Origin: Candidatus Bipolaricaulota bacterium
GTDB taxonomy: Bacteria; Bipolaricaulota; Bipolaricaulia; Bipolaricaulales; Bipolaricaulaceae
Direction of reading: 5' to 3'
Assembly (NCBI GenBank): GCA_026418075.1
Contig: JAOACA010000002.1
Span: 1 to 63,853, forward strand
DNA length: 63,853 bases
Shown here: positions 9,211 through 19,670 of the stretch, in pieces
Layout: each line of letters begins with the position of its first letter
How positions within the stretch are numbered: the stretch's first letter is position 1
Notes under the pieces: generated by a model
What the model was told of the DNA's origin: nothing
The model's input: the letters and a program-made list of their open reading frames with translations, nothing else
Databases searched by the model: none
Position numbers and translations under genes: made by a program

Positions 9211-10218
9211 GTGGAGAAGAAGGCGATCGCCCTCCTCTCGGGGGGCCTCGATTCGGCCCTGGCCTGCGAGCTCACCCTGCGGCGGGGCTTCCAGGTCGTG
9301 GGGCTCAACCTCGCCACGGGGTTCTGCGTCGGGGAGGGGCGGTGCGACACGGTCCTCGCCCTCGCGGCGCGCCTGGGGATCCCGCTTCGGATGCGGGACG
9401 TAAGCGCGGAGTTCCTGGAGGTCGTCCGGGCCCCCAAGTTCGGGTACGGCTCGGGGATGAACCCGTGCCTCGACTGCCGGATCCTCATGGCCCGGACCGC
9501 CGGGGCGGTGATGGAGGAGGAGGGGGCGTCGTTCGTGGTGACGGGCGAGGTCCTTGGCCAGCGGCCGATGTCCCAGCACCGGCGGGCCCTCGACCTCGTG
9601 GCCGAGGAGTCGGGGCTCGGGGAGCGGCTCGTGCGCCCCCTGTCGGGGCGGCTCCTTGGGCCCACGTACCCGGAGCGGATGGGCTGGATCCGGCGCGAGG
9701 ACTGGCTCGACATCCAGGGCCGGTCCCGGAAGCGGCAGCTCGCCCTCGCCCGGGAGTGGGGCCTCACCGAGTTCGTCCAGCCGTCGGGGGGCTGCTGCCT
9801 CCTCCTCACGAAGGCGTACGCCGTGCGGCTCCGGGACGCGTTCCGCCACCGCGGCCGGGAGGCCCTGACGCCGGACGACTTCGCCCTCCTCCGCTACGGC
9901 CGCCACTTCCGGCTCTCGCCGGGGGTGAAGGTGATCGTCGGGCGGGACGAAGGAGAGAACGCGGTGCTTGCGGGGTTTTCTCCGGGCCGGTGGGCCCTCT
10001 CGTTCCCGGCCGTGCCCGGGCCGGTCGCGCTGGTGGAAGGGGACCTCTCTCCCGAGGAGCTGGAGCTTGCCGCCCGGCTCGCCGCCCGCTACAGCGACGC
10101 CCGGGGAGGGGACCCGGTGACCGTCCGCGCGGTCCGCGACGGAAGGGAGCAGGACCTGACCGTAGTCCCCCTCCCCCCCGACGACCCCCGGATCGCCTCG
10201 TGGGCCCTCGGGGAGTAG
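9211..10218 (+). CDS. ThiI/MnmA-like PP-loop tRNA thiolation enzyme with DUF814-like C-terminus
   Basis: LLSGGLDS PP-loop; NPCLDCR, GEVLGQRPMSQ, GGCCLL, GRHFRL; GTG start 6 nt after TATGAT. Confidence 0.8.
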   Translation: MEKKAIALLSGGLDSALACELTLRRGFQVVGLNLATGFCVGEGRCDTVLALAARLGIPLRMRDVSAEFLEVVRAPKFGYGSGMNPCLDCRILMARTAGAVMEEEGASFVVTGEVLGQRPMSQHRRALDLVAEESGLGERLVRPLSGRLLGPTYPERMGWIRREDWLDIQGRSRKRQLALAREWGLTEFVQPSGGCCLLLTKAYAVRLRDAFRHRGREALTPDDFALLRYGRHFRLSPGVKVIVGRDEGENAVLAGFSPGRWALSFPAVPGPVALVEGDLSPEELELAARLAARYSDARGGDPVTVRAVRDGREQDLTVVPLPPDDPRIASWALGE

Positions 10219-11568
10219 CTACAGGGGCTCGAACCGGGCCACGAAGTGCCGAAGCGGTCCCTCCCCTTCCAGGAGCCGGAGCCCCCGGATCTCGGAGGCC
10301 CGCTCCCGAACCCGCGCCAAGGCCTCCACCACCGCCCCGAGGTGCTCCTGGGTGTACGTCCGGCGGGGGATCGCCAGCCGCACGAGCTCCATCCGCGCCT
10401 CCGGCCCCATCATCCCTGAGCCCACCTCCACCGCCCGGATCCCCCCCTCGAGGTACAGGGCGACGACGAGGGCCTGGCCGGGGAACGCGTCCCGCGGGAT
10501 GTGGGGGAGGAGGCGGCCGGCGTCCACGTACACCGCGTGCCCCCCTGGGGGCCAGTAGACCGGGATCCCCACCTCCCGAAGCCGCTCCCCCAGCCACCGC
10601 ACCTGGCCCACCCGGTCCCGGAGGTAGCCAAGGTCCAGGGCCTCGCGAAGCCCGACGGCCAGGGCCGCGAGGTCCCGCCCCGCCAGGCCCCCGTAGGTCG
10701 GGAACCCCTCGTAGAGGATGAGCTTCTCCCGGCACCGCTCGTAGAGGCGCGGGTCCCGCAGCGCGAGGAACCCCCCGATGTTCCCCAGCCCATCTTTCTT
10801 GGCCGACATCGTGCACCCGTCGGCGAGGGAGAAGAGCTCGGCCGCGATCGCCCGCGGCTCGGCCGCCCCATACCCCGGCTCCCGGTCTCGGACGAACAGG
10901 CAGTTCTCCGCGTACCGGCAGGCGTCGAGGACGAGGGGAATCCCGTGGGCCCGGGCGAGGGCAGAGACCGCCCGGACGTTTCCCATCGACACAGGCTGAC
11001 CAGCGGTGGTGTTGTTCGTGACCGTGAGCATGATGAGGGGGATCCGCCCCGGTGGGTTCCGGAGGAGCCGCTCCAGGGCCCCGAGGTCCATGTCCCCCTT
11101 GAACGGGTGCTCCAGGTCGGGATCCAGGGCCTCGGGGATCGGGAGGTCCACCGGCCGGGCCCCCTGGGCGAGGACGTGGGCCCGCGTCGTGTCGAAGTGG
11201 GCGTTCGAGGGGACGACGTCCCCCGGCTGGAGGACCGTGGAAAACAGGATGTGCTCCGCCCCCCGGCCCTGGTGGGTCGGAAGAACGTAGGGAAAACCCG
11301 TGATCTCCTGCACCGCCTTCCGGAACTGGGCAAACGATCGGCTCCCGGCGTAGGCCTCGTCCCCTTCCATGAGCGCGGCCCACTGGGCCTGGGACATCGC
11401 CCCGGTTCCCGAGTCGGTGAGGAGGTCCACGTACACGTCCTCGCTGGCCAGGTTGAAGGCGTTGTACCCGGCCTCCCGGAGGAGCCGCTCCCGCTCCTCC
11501 CGAGAGGGAAGCCGGATCGGCTCGACGACCTTGATCTTGTAGGGCTTCGGCCACCCCGCGCCGTCCAC
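10219..11568 (-). CDS. tnaA: Tryptophanase (beta-eliminating lyase)
   Basis: [24 protein letters not shown]-lysine motif MSAKKDG; C-terminal LRHF is TnaA-like rather than the LRFF of tyrosine phenol-lyase. Confidence 0.88.
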   Translation of the reverse strand: MDGAGWPKPYKIKVVEPIRLPSREERERLLREAGYNAFNLASEDVYVDLLTDSGTGAMSQAQWAALMEGDEAYAGSRSFAQFRKAVQEITGFPYVLPTHQGRGAEHILFSTVLQPGDVVPSNAHFDTTRAHVLAQGARPVDLPIPEALDPDLEHPFKGDMDLGALERLLRNPPGRIPLIMLTVTNNTTAGQPVSMGNVRAVSALARAHGIPLVLDACRYAENCLFVRDREPGYGAAEPRAIAAELFSLADGCTMSAKKDGLGNIGGFLALRDPRLYERCREKLILYEGFPTYGGLAGRDLAALAVGLREALDLGYLRDRVGQVRWLGERLREVGIPVYWPPGGHAVYVDAGRLLPHIPRDAFPGQALVVALYLEGGIRAVEVGSGMMGPEARMELVRLAIPRRTYTQEHLGAVVEALARVRERASEIRGLRLLEGEGPLRHFVARFEPL

Positions 11569-11648
11569 GTCCCCTCCTTGGGACGGGCATTGTAGCCCGC
11601 GCCCGCCCGATTTGCCGGGATCGGCATCCGTTCGCTATGCTTCACCCC

Positions 11649-12452
11649 GTGACTGCGAAAGGGGTCCTGGAGGCGTGGCGGCGAGGGGGGGCATCTAGAG
11701 ATCAGCTCCTGGTCAAGCTTTCGGAGGAGGATGCCCTCGCCTGGGCCGAGGAGCTCCTCCCCGGCCCGGCCGAGGGGCGGCGCCTGGCGGCGGCCCTCCT
11801 GGGCCGTTCCCCCCAGCCGGCCGCGGCCCTGGAGGTCCTCGCGAAGCTCGCCGCCGACGAGGACCGCCACGTCCGGGACGGGGCGGCCCGGGCGGCAGGG
11901 GAACTCCTCACCCGCCACTTCGCGGACGCCTATCCCCTCCTCGGGGCGTGGCGGGGAAGCGAGGACCCCCTCCTCCGCCGGGCGGTGGCCGTCGCGGTCG
12001 GGGTCGCTGCCGATCCCCTGCACCTCGAGCGGGCCGAGCCCCTCCTCCGGCTCCTGGGACCCCTTCTCCCCGACCGGGCCCCCGAGGTCCGGGGGGCGGT
12101 GGAGGAAGCCCTCGGCACCTTCTTCTCCGCGTACCCGGACGACACGTTCGAGCACCTCGTCGCCTGGTCCGCGTCCCACGACGAGGGGGTGCTCCGCCAC
12201 GTGGCGACCGCCCTCGGGGCCGCGCCCGCTCCCCTCCTCCGCCGGGCCCTCATCGTCCTCCGCCGGGTCGCCCTCTCCGAGGCGCGGTCGGTCCGGAGGG
12301 CAGCCGTCCGGTCCCTCGTCCGCCTCGCCCAGGTCTCCCCCGACCCCGTGGCGGAGGAGCTCCGGCGGTGGCTCCCCGACGAGGAGCGGGCGCCCCTCGC
12401 CCGGGAGGCCCTGGGCCGGATCGAGAGCGACCTCACCCGCCCCGTCTCCTAG
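11649..12452 (+). CDS. HEAT-repeat protein (AlkC/AlkD-like fold possible)
   Basis: Repeated 'LA.D....VR..AA..LG' units; GTG 11649 lies 7 nt after TATGCT (alternative ATG 11637). Confidence 0.7.
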   Translation: MTAKGVLEAWRRGGASRDQLLVKLSEEDALAWAEELLPGPAEGRRLAAALLGRSPQPAAALEVLAKLAADEDRHVRDGAARAAGELLTRHFADAYPLLGAWRGSEDPLLRRAVAVAVGVAADPLHLERAEPLLRLLGPLLPDRAPEVRGAVEEALGTFFSAYPDDTFEHLVAWSASHDEGVLRHVATALGAAPAPLLRRALIVLRRVALSEARSVRRAAVRSLVRLAQVSPDPVAEELRRWLPDEERAPLAREALGRIESDLTRPVS

Positions 12453-12477
12453 CTGGGGCCAGGCGGTAAGATCAGCC

Positions 12478-15429
12478 GTGCACCGCAGGGTGGACCGCTA
12501 CCTCGCCCGGGAGATCGTTCCCCCGTTCCTCGTGGCGATCCTCGCCTTCCTCGTGTTCATCGGGTTGGAGCTCGTGATCTCGCTATCGGATACGGTGTTC
12601 GCCCCGGGGGCGGGGGCGGCCGAGCTCCTCCGGCTGGTCCTGTACAAGCTTCCGACCCTGTTCACCTACGCGATCCCGGCGGCGGCGCTCCTGGCGACGT
12701 TCCTCGCCCTGGGGCGGCTCGCCGCAGACCGCGAGCTCCTCGCGTTTCAAGCCCTGGGCTACTCCCTCCGGCGGCTCATCGCCCCCTTCCTCCTCTTCGG
12801 GGCCCTGGCCAGCGGGGCCTCGTTCGCCCTCAGCGAGTACGCGGTCCCCCCCGCCGAGGCCGCCTACCGCCGGGAGTTCCTCGCCCTCGTCTACCGGGGC
12901 GCCGTCCCCCAGGTCCAGCAGGCGGTGTTCTTCCGCGGGCTCTACGGGGAGACCTACTACGTGGAGCGGAGCGAGGGGGACCGGCTCCGGGGGATCCTCG
13001 TCTACGACCTCACCGGCCGGATCTACCCCGTGGAAGGTCGGTTCCCCACGGTGATCACCGCCCAGGAGGGGCGGTTCCAGGGGGGGACCCTCGAGCTCCT
13101 CGGGGGGCGGGTGATGCGGTTCTCCCCCGAGGGGACGCTGGCCGAGCTCGTCCGGTTCGAGCGGCTCACGGTGGAGGTGGAGGAGGACCTCCGGCGGGCG
13201 GTCCTGGGGGGGAAAACCCCGGCCGAGATGTCGCTCCGGGAGCTCGGGGCGCGGATCGAGCTCCTCCGGAAGTCGGGCCTGGACCCCCGGTCGTTTTCGA
13301 TCGAGTACCACGCCAAGATCGCCGTGTCCGTGGCCTCGTTCGTGTTCGTCCTGTTTGGGGCGCCGCTCGGGGCGCTGCTGGGGCGGCGGGGGCGGGCGGC
13401 GGGGGCGATCGCTGGGTTCCTCCTCGCCGCCGCGGCCCAGGGGACGTTCGTCTGGACGCGAACCCTCGCCCAGCGGGGGCTCATCCCGGCCTACCTCGGG
13501 GCGTGGATTCCTCACCTCGGGTTCGGGCTCCTCGGGCTCCTCCTCTTCCTCGTCGCCGACCGGCTCCGCCTGCGGGGCGTCCTCCCGTTCCTGTTCCTCC
13601 TCGTCCTGGGGGCCCCGGGAGGGGACGCCGCCCCGCCACCGTTCACCGCCCTCCGGGCGGAGGAGCTCGTCCTGACCGAAGAGGGAAGAGCGATCGAGGC
13701 CCGCGGGGCCCGGGCCGAGTTCGGGGACTACGCCCTCCGGGCCGACCTCCTCCGCGCCCGGGAGGGAGAGCCGGGCTGGGAGGTGGAGGCGGAGGGGGCG
13801 GTCCTCTCCGGGAAGGACGGGGAGCTCCGCGCGGGCTTTCTCTCCGCCCTCCTCGGGCCAGAGGGGGAGCTCGCGGCGGTGTCGGCCCGGGGCTTCACCG
13901 GCTCGTCCGCGTTCCGGGGACCGGAGAAGGAGGAGACGATCCTCTTTTCCGGGGAGGAGGGCCGGGCGGAGTTCGCCGCCGGGAAGCTCGTCCGGGTCGA
14001 GGCGCGGGGCGTCCGGTTCACCACCTGCCCGTGCCTCGAGGACTCCCCCTACGCGGTGGAGGCCGGGGAGTTCGTCCTCGTCCCGGAGAAGTGGCTCCTC
14101 GCCCGCTCGATCACCGTGCGCTCGTTCGGGGTCCCCGTGGGCTGGCTCCCCCTCTACGTCGCCCGCCTGGGGGAGGAGGCGTTCCCCCTCTTCCCCGAGG
14201 TCGGCTGGACGGGGACGGAGCTGTTCCTCCGGTGGGCGATCCCGTGGGCGGTGGGGGAGAGGGTCGTCGGGGCGGTGGGGGTCACGGTGTACCCCGCCCG
14301 GGGCCGGCTCGATCCCTCCCTCCGGGCGGCGTGGGAGGGGGGGTCGCTCGCCCTCACCCCGTCGTCCCTCGCGCTCCGGGTCGCCGGGGAGCTTGGGGCC
14401 GTCACGTGGTCGGGGAGCTTGAGCCTGACCCCGACGGCGCAGGGGGCCGTCCTCCGGGGCCGGGTCGGGGACTGGGACTGGGCGGTGGCGTGGGGCCAGA
14501 CCGAGCGCGGGGGATCCAAGTTCGAGCGGCGGCCGGAGGTGAGCCTGGGGCGGACGGAGCGGGGCTGGCTCGGCGGGGACCTGGATTTCCGCCTCTCGGG
14601 AGGTCTGTTCCGGGAAGGGGAGGTGGAGGCCTGGCGCCTCGCCCTGTCCCTCGCGTGGTCCGGGCGGTGGACCATAGGGCCCCTCCAACTGACCCTCCCC
14701 TGGAGCCTCGCCTTCGCCCGGTACGGCTCGGAGGAGCGGATCGCCGCGGGCGGGAACCCCAGCCTCTCCTGGGGCCCGCTCTCCCTGACCTACGGGGGCC
14801 GGGCGGTGCTTGGGCGGTCCCCGTTCGGGTTCGACGCCGAGCCCCCCCAAAGCCAGGTCACCGTCGGGATCACGGCCAAGGTCCGGGGGTGGCAGGAGCG
14901 GCTTTCGTGGGGGTGGGACCTCGCCGCGGGGGGGCCGCTCCCCCTCCGGTGGGCCGTGTCCGGGCCCGGCTTCTCGTCCGACCTCTCGTTCACCCTCCCC
15001 CTCGCCGTGACCCGGGCCCGGTGGTCCCTCGCCCTCCAGCGCGGGCCGGGGAAGCTCACCCTCGACGGCGGCCTCCGGGACGGGAAGTGGGAGGACACCG
15101 TCCTCCGGGGGACCTGGAACGGGGAAACCCTGGACGCCTTCCTCGCCCTCCGGGTGGGGATGGCCCCGGTCCAACTCCTCCGCCTCGCTGGGAGCGGGGA
15201 GTGGAGGCTGAGCCCGGAGTGGGCCCTCGCCGCGTCCTGGGAACACGACCTCCGCGCCGGGCGGCTCGTTCAGCTCGAGGGGAAGCTCGTGCGGACGTTC
15301 GCCGGGTGCCTCCGGCTCGGCGTGAGCCTGGGCCTGTCCGGGCTCCGCCTGAGCCTCGAGGTCCCGGCGTTCCCCCAGGCCAAGCTCCGGTTCGCCCCTC
15401 AGGACGAGGGGCTCCGGATCGGGGATTAA
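12478..15429 (+). CDS. Fusion of an LptF/LptG permease and an LptD-like outer-membrane domain
   Basis: N-terminus: DRYLAREI, LGRLAADRELLAFQALG, PAEMSLREL, EYHAKIA, AWIP (LptF/G). C-terminus: FTTCPC, VPVGWLPLY, PEVGW, amphipathic Trp/Gly-rich beta strands and late GCL (LptD-like). One open frame throughout. Confidence 0.8.
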   Translation: MHRRVDRYLAREIVPPFLVAILAFLVFIGLELVISLSDTVFAPGAGAAELLRLVLYKLPTLFTYAIPAAALLATFLALGRLAADRELLAFQALGYSLRRLIAPFLLFGALASGASFALSEYAVPPAEAAYRREFLALVYRGAVPQVQQAVFFRGLYGETYYVERSEGDRLRGILVYDLTGRIYPVEGRFPTVITAQEGRFQGGTLELLGGRVMRFSPEGTLAELVRFERLTVEVEEDLRRAVLGGKTPAEMSLRELGARIELLRKSGLDPRSFSIEYHAKIAVSVASFVFVLFGAPLGALLGRRGRAAGAIAGFLLAAAAQGTFVWTRTLAQRGLIPAYLGAWIPHLGFGLLGLLLFLVADRLRLRGVLPFLFLLVLGAPGGDAAPPPFTALRAEELVLTEEGRAIEARGARAEFGDYALRADLLRAREGEPGWEVEAEGAVLSGKDGELRAGFLSALLGPEGELAAVSARGFTGSSAFRGPEKEETILFSGEEGRAEFAAGKLVRVEARGVRFTTCPCLEDSPYAVEAGEFVLVPEKWLLARSITVRSFGVPVGWLPLYVARLGEEAFPLFPEVGWTGTELFLRWAIPWAVGERVVGAVGVTVYPARGRLDPSLRAAWEGGSLALTPSSLALRVAGELGAVTWSGSLSLTPTAQGAVLRGRVGDWDWAVAWGQTERGGSKFERRPEVSLGRTERGWLGGDLDFRLSGGLFREGEVEAWRLALSLAWSGRWTIGPLQLTLPWSLAFARYGSEERIAAGGNPSLSWGPLSLTYGGRAVLGRSPFGFDAEPPQSQVTVGITAKVRGWQERLSWGWDLAAGGPLPLRWAVSGPGFSSDLSFTLPLAVTRARWSLALQRGPGKLTLDGGLRDGKWEDTVLRGTWNGETLDAFLALRVGMAPVQLLRLAGSGEWRLSPEWALAASWEHDLRAGRLVQLEGKLVRTFAGCLRLGVSLGLSGLRLSLEVPAFPQAKLRFAPQDEGLRIGD

Positions 15430-15463
15430 CCGGAGCGCCTCGTCCGCTGGGTATAATGCGGCT

Positions 15464-16006
15464 GTGACCCGGAAGGACCGGATTCCGGACTGGCTCACCG
15501 GGGCCCGGGCCCTGGTGGCCCTCGCCATCCTCGCCCTCATCCCGTGGGGCCCCTCCGCCCTGCGGACGGTGGCGTTCCTCCTCCTCCTCGGGTGGACGAC
15601 GGACATGGTCGATGGGCGCCTGGCCCGGCGGTGGGACAAGGACCCGACCTGGATCGGGGAGCACGAGTTCCACATCGACATGGTCATGGTCCTCGCCTCG
15701 GCGATCTACCTCGTCCTCGCCGGGTTGGTCCCCCCCCTCCCCGGGGCCGCCTACCTCCTCGGGGCGACGGGGATCTCCCTGGCCCTCCTCCGCTGGTCGG
15801 GGGACTTCCTCCGGTTCAAGTCGGTGACCATGCTTCTTGCCTGCCCGTGGGTGTTCGCCCCGTTCGTCGTGGGCCTGGTCCACGACCCGGTGGTGGTTTA
15901 CGCCGGGCTCATCTGGACCGCGGCCGCCCTCGTCCTTGACTGGCGGCGGTTCCTCGGGGTCGTCGGGGACTTCCTGGCCGGAGCGCGGGCCTTCCTCCGC
16001 CGCTAG
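15464..16006 (+). CDS. CDP-alcohol phosphatidyltransferase-family membrane protein
   Basis: IPDWLTGAR and [11 protein letters not shown]...G motif; TATAAT 6 nt upstream. Confidence 0.75.
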   Translation: MTRKDRIPDWLTGARALVALAILALIPWGPSALRTVAFLLLLGWTTDMVDGRLARRWDKDPTWIGEHEFHIDMVMVLASAIYLVLAGLVPPLPGAAYLLGATGISLALLRWSGDFLRFKSVTMLLACPWVFAPFVVGLVHDPVVVYAGLIWTAAALVLDWRRFLGVVGDFLAGARAFLRR

Positions 16007-17004
16007 AGGAGCCGCGTCGGGGCCCGGCCGAGGTGGGCGTAGGCCCGGTCGGTGGCCAGCCGGCCCTGGGGCGTCCGGCGGACGAGCCCCAGCGAGATGA
16101 GGTACGGCTCGTAGAGGTCGGCGATCGTGTCCGGGTCCTCCCCCAGGGCGGCGGCGAGGGTCTCCAGCCCCACCGGCCCCCCCTCGAACCGGTCGATCAA
16201 CACCTCGAGGATCCGGCGGTCGAGGGGGTCGAGCCCCACCTCGTCGATCCCGAGCATCGCCAGCGTCTCCCGGGCCGCCTGGGGGGTGATCCGGGGGAGG
16301 CCGGCCACCTGGGCCACGTCCCGGGCCCGGCGGAGGAGCCGGATCGCGATCCGGGGGGTCCCCCGCGCCCGGAGGGCGAGCTCCCGCGCCGCCTCAGGGT
16401 CAAGCGCGCAGCCGATCCGAGGGGCGGCGCGGAGGAGGATCTCCGCGAGCTCCTCGGGGCGGTAGAACTCCAGGCGGAAGACAACCTCGAACCGGTCCCG
16501 GAGCGGCGTGGTGAGGAGCCCCTCCCGGGTTGTCGCCCCGACCAAGGTGAACGGGGCGAGGTCGAGGCGGATCGAACGGGCGTGGGGGCCCTCCCCAACC
16601 ACGATGTCGAGCTTGTAGTCCTCCATCGCCGGGTACAGGACCTCCTCCACCTGGGGCCGCAGGCGGTGGATCTCGTCGACGAACAGGACGTCCCCGGGGG
16701 AGAGGTGGGTGAGGATTGCGGCGAGGTCCCCGGGGCGCTCCACCGCCGGGCCCGCGGTGACCTTGATCGCGCTCCCCATCTCGTGGGCGATGATGTGGGC
16801 CAGCGTCGTCTTCCCCAGCCCCGGCGGGGAGAGGAGGAGGACGTGGTCGAGGGGTTCCCCTCGGGCCCGCGCGGCCTGGATGTACACCTGGAGCCGCTCC
16901 CGGATCGAGGCCTGTCCCACGAACTCGGCCAGGGACTGGGGGCGGAGGGTCCGACCGGGGAGGTCCCCGTCCTGCCGCTCCGGCGCGGTGATCCGGCTCG
17001 CCAT
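16003..17004 (-). CDS. ruvB: Holliday junction branch migration helicase RuvB
   Basis: [54 protein letters not shown]. Confidence 0.97.
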   Translation of the reverse strand: MASRITAPERQDGDLPGRTLRPQSLAEFVGQASIRERLQVYIQAARARGEPLDHVLLLSPPGLGKTTLAHIIAHEMGSAIKVTAGPAVERPGDLAAILTHLSPGDVLFVDEIHRLRPQVEEVLYPAMEDYKLDIVVGEGPHARSIRLDLAPFTLVGATTREGLLTTPLRDRFEVVFRLEFYRPEELAEILLRAAPRIGCALDPEAARELALRARGTPRIAIRLLRRARDVAQVAGLPRITPQAARETLAMLGIDEVGLDPLDRRILEVLIDRFEGGPVGLETLAAALGEDPDTIADLYEPYLISLGLVRRTPQGRLATDRAYAHLGRAPTRLL

Positions 17005-17083
17005 CGGCGGCATTGTAGTGGAGCGCTCGCCCCGACGGCAACGGAGTTGTCCCGCGTCCCCCCTCCCCCTAGAATGGTCCGCG

Positions 17084-17926
17084 ATGCGTCTCCTGGGAAT
17101 CGGACTTGCGCTTGCCCTCCCCGTGGCGGGGGGAGGCGGGCTCCTGGCGCTCACCTCCCTCGACTGGTCCCCGGATGGCCGGTACGTCCTGTACGTGGAC
17201 GGGGGGGAGGTGTGGATCGGGCTCGCCCCCGAGGGCCGGAGCCCCCGCCCCCTCACCCAAGGGGCCGGCACGGACTGGGCCCGGTTTGGACCGGGGGGGT
17301 GGTTCGCCTACGTCACCCCCTCGCCCGAGGGGTACACCCTCTGGAAGGCCTTCCCCGACGGCGAGCGGTACCCCCTCCTCACCCTCGCCGACCTCCGGAA
17401 CGCGGGGATCCCCGCGGAAACCCTCGCCCGCCCCGCCGTTTCCCCCGACGGGGAGAAGATCGCCTTCGTCGCCCACGTGGAGGGGAGCTGCGACCTCTAC
17501 CTCCTCGAGGTCGGGTCCCGCGCGGTCCGGCGGCTCACCCGCACCCCAGGGCCCGTGGACTGCCCCGACTTCTCCCCCGACGGCCGCTCCCTCGTCTTCG
17601 TGGGCCTGTGGCCGATTGGGAAGTCCCTGAGCTGGGACCTCTACGTCCTCGACCTGGAGGAAGACCTCCTGGAGCTCCTGGCCGAGGACCCGTTCTTCGA
17701 CTGGTGCCCCCGCTTCTCCCCCGACGGGGAGTGGATCGCCTTCGAGTCCAACGCCCGGGGGCCGTCGGACATCCACATCGTCCGCCGGGACGGGCGGGAG
17801 CGGACCGCGCTTACGTTCGACGCGTGGCGGGACGCGTTCCCCGCCTGGAGTCCCAAGGGCGACGAGGTGGCCTACGGCTCCCTCCGTTCCCGGGGCTGGT
17901 TCATCCTGGCGAGCAAGACCTTCTAG
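17084..17926 (+). CDS. Secreted TolB-like beta-propeller (PD40 repeats)
   Basis: Signal peptide; repeated WSPDG/FSPDG/WSPKG motifs. Confidence 0.85.
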   Translation: MRLLGIGLALALPVAGGGGLLALTSLDWSPDGRYVLYVDGGEVWIGLAPEGRSPRPLTQGAGTDWARFGPGGWFAYVTPSPEGYTLWKAFPDGERYPLLTLADLRNAGIPAETLARPAVSPDGEKIAFVAHVEGSCDLYLLEVGSRAVRRLTRTPGPVDCPDFSPDGRSLVFVGLWPIGKSLSWDLYVLDLEEDLLELLAEDPFFDWCPRFSPDGEWIAFESNARGPSDIHIVRRDGRERTALTFDAWRDAFPAWSPKGDEVAYGSLRSRGWFILASKTF

Positions 17927-17935
17927 CGGCGGCCC

Positions 17936-18835
17936 ATGGCCCGGGTCGTGGCGGTGGGGCGGTTCGATGGGGTGCACCTTGGGCACCAGCACCTCCTCCG
18001 GGAGGCCCGCCGGTTCGGGGACGGCGGACCCGTGATCGCCTACACCTTCCCCCCCCGGGGGCCCTCCCTCCTCACCCTCGCGGCCAAGGTCCGGCTCCTC
18101 CAGGACCTCGCCGACGAGGTCGTCGTGGCCCCCTGGGAGGAGATCGAAGGCTTGGAGCCGGAGGAGTTCGTTCGGAGGGAGCTCGTGGGCCGGGTGGGGG
18201 CGGAGGCGGTGGCCGTGGGCCCCGACCACCGGTTTGGGAAGGGGAGGACGGGGGACCTCCGGACCCTGGAGCGCCTGGCCCGCGAGCTGGGCGTCGCCGT
18301 GCACCCGATCCCCGCCCTCCGGCGCGGCGGGGCCCCGGTGAGCGCGGCCAGGATCCGGGACCTGATCGGGGCCGGGGAAGTGGAGGCCGCCGGGCGGCTC
18401 CTCGGCCGGCCCTCCTGGCTCGCCGGCCAGCCGGTCCGGGGAGCGGGGCTCGCCCGGTCCCTCGGCTACCCCACGGTGAACCTGGAGCTCTTCCCCGAGC
18501 TCGTCCGGCCCCGCGCCGGCGTGTACGCGGCGTGGGCCCACTGGCCTGGGGGGGAGGGGAAGGCCCTGTTCTACCTCGGGGACCGCCCCACCTTCCCTGG
18601 CCTCCCGCCCTCGGTCGAGGTCCACCTCCTTACCCCGCCCGAGGGGGCGGTCGCCGGACCTGTGGAGGTCCACCTCCTCGCCTTCCTCCGCCCCGACCGC
18701 CGCTTTCCCAGTCCCGCGGCCCTCGCCGCCCAGATCGGGGAGGACCGCGCCCGGGCCGAAGAGGTCCTCGCGGGCCAGACCCCGCCGGGACGGCTCCTCG
18801 GCGCAGGCTTGCCCAGCCAGGGAAGAACCCCCTAG
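17936..18835 (+). CDS. ribF: Bifunctional riboflavin kinase/FAD synthetase
   Basis: GRFDGVHLGHQ, DHRFGKGR, VSAARIR, LGYPTVNL, GVYA, VEVHLL. Confidence 0.93.
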   Translation: MARVVAVGRFDGVHLGHQHLLREARRFGDGGPVIAYTFPPRGPSLLTLAAKVRLLQDLADEVVVAPWEEIEGLEPEEFVRRELVGRVGAEAVAVGPDHRFGKGRTGDLRTLERLARELGVAVHPIPALRRGGAPVSAARIRDLIGAGEVEAAGRLLGRPSWLAGQPVRGAGLARSLGYPTVNLELFPELVRPRAGVYAAWAHWPGGEGKALFYLGDRPTFPGLPPSVEVHLLTPPEGAVAGPVEVHLLAFLRPDRRFPSPAALAAQIGEDRARAEEVLAGQTPPGRLLGAGLPSQGRTP

Positions 18836-18843
18836 GATTGCCC

Positions 18844-19482
18844 GTGATCCTCGGGATCGAGACCGCCGGACGGCGCGGAGGGGTCGCCCTCGTCTCCCCC
18901 GCCGGGGAGGTCGAGCTCCTCCTCCCCCCGGGCCCCCAAGGGACGGCGCTCCTCCCCGCCGGAGCCAACGCCCTCCTCACCCTCGTCGGTGCGGAAAGGG
19001 TGGACGCCGTGGCCGTGGACATCGGGCCGGGGTCGTTCACCGGGCTGCGGGTGGGGGTTGCATTCGCCAAGGGTCTGGCGCAGGCTTGGGGGGTCCCCGT
19101 GGTGGGGGTTCGCCAGACGGAGGTCCTGGCCCGGGCTGTCCTCCCCTGGCCGGGGCGGATCGCGGTCTGGATCCACGACCGGCGGGAGTTCGTCTACGCC
19201 GCGTGGGCGACCCCCGACCGGGTAGGGCGGGAGACGGTCCTCCCCTGGGAGGAGGCCCTCCGGCGGGCGCTGGAGCGGGGGGCGAGCCTCCTCGTGGGTT
19301 CAGGGGCCCTGGAGTTCCGGGACGAGATCCGGGCCCGCGCCCCCGAGCTCCGGGTGGCCCCGGAGGCCCTGGCCCACCCCCGACCGGGCACCGTGGCCCG
19401 GCTGGGATGGGAAAGGTTCAAGGCCGGGGGAGGCGAGGACCCCCGGGGCCTCGAGCCCCACTACGGACACAAGGAGGAGTGA
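18844..19482 (+). CDS. tsaB: tRNA t6A biosynthesis protein TsaB
   Basis: ILGIETA, GPGSFTGLRVG..AKGLA, LEPHY; forms only the tail of the 1149-aa track ORF. Confidence 0.9.
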   Translation: MILGIETAGRRGGVALVSPAGEVELLLPPGPQGTALLPAGANALLTLVGAERVDAVAVDIGPGSFTGLRVGVAFAKGLAQAWGVPVVGVRQTEVLARAVLPWPGRIAVWIHDRREFVYAAWATPDRVGRETVLPWEEALRRALERGASLLVGSGALEFRDEIRARAPELRVAPEALAHPRPGTVARLGWERFKAGGGEDPRGLEPHYGHKEE

Positions 19483-19670
19483 TGAGTCAGAGGTGCGCGA
19501 TCTGCGGCCGCGGGCCGGAGTTCGGGTCGAAGGTGAGCCACTCCGGCCGCCACAGCCGGCGGGTCCGGCTCCCCAACCTTCAGCGGGTCCACGCCGTGGT
19601 GGCGGGCCGCCGGGGAAGGATCCGGGTGTGCACCCGCTGCATCAAGGCCGGCAAGGTGACCAAGGCGTGA
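19482..19670 (+). CDS. rpmB: 50S ribosomal protein L28 (Zn-binding form)
   Basis: MSQRCAICGR..VSHS...PNLQ...RVCTRCIK; strong AAGGAGG SD. Confidence 0.95.
   Translation: MSQRCAICGRGPEFGSKVSHSGRHSRRVRLPNLQRVHAVVAGRRGRIRVCTRCIKAGKVTKA

Noticed and set aside
11731-12477. N-terminal extension of the Lpt fusion ORF
   Set aside because: It is an off-frame overlap with the HEAT gene; LptF/G similarity begins at GTG 12478, right after a -10 box
16033-18843. 1149-aa ORF 16033..19482 as a giant TsaB fusion
   Set aside because: The upstream part is a low-complexity P/G/R shadow frame over ruvB, the TolB-like gene and ribF; only 18844-19482 is TsaB
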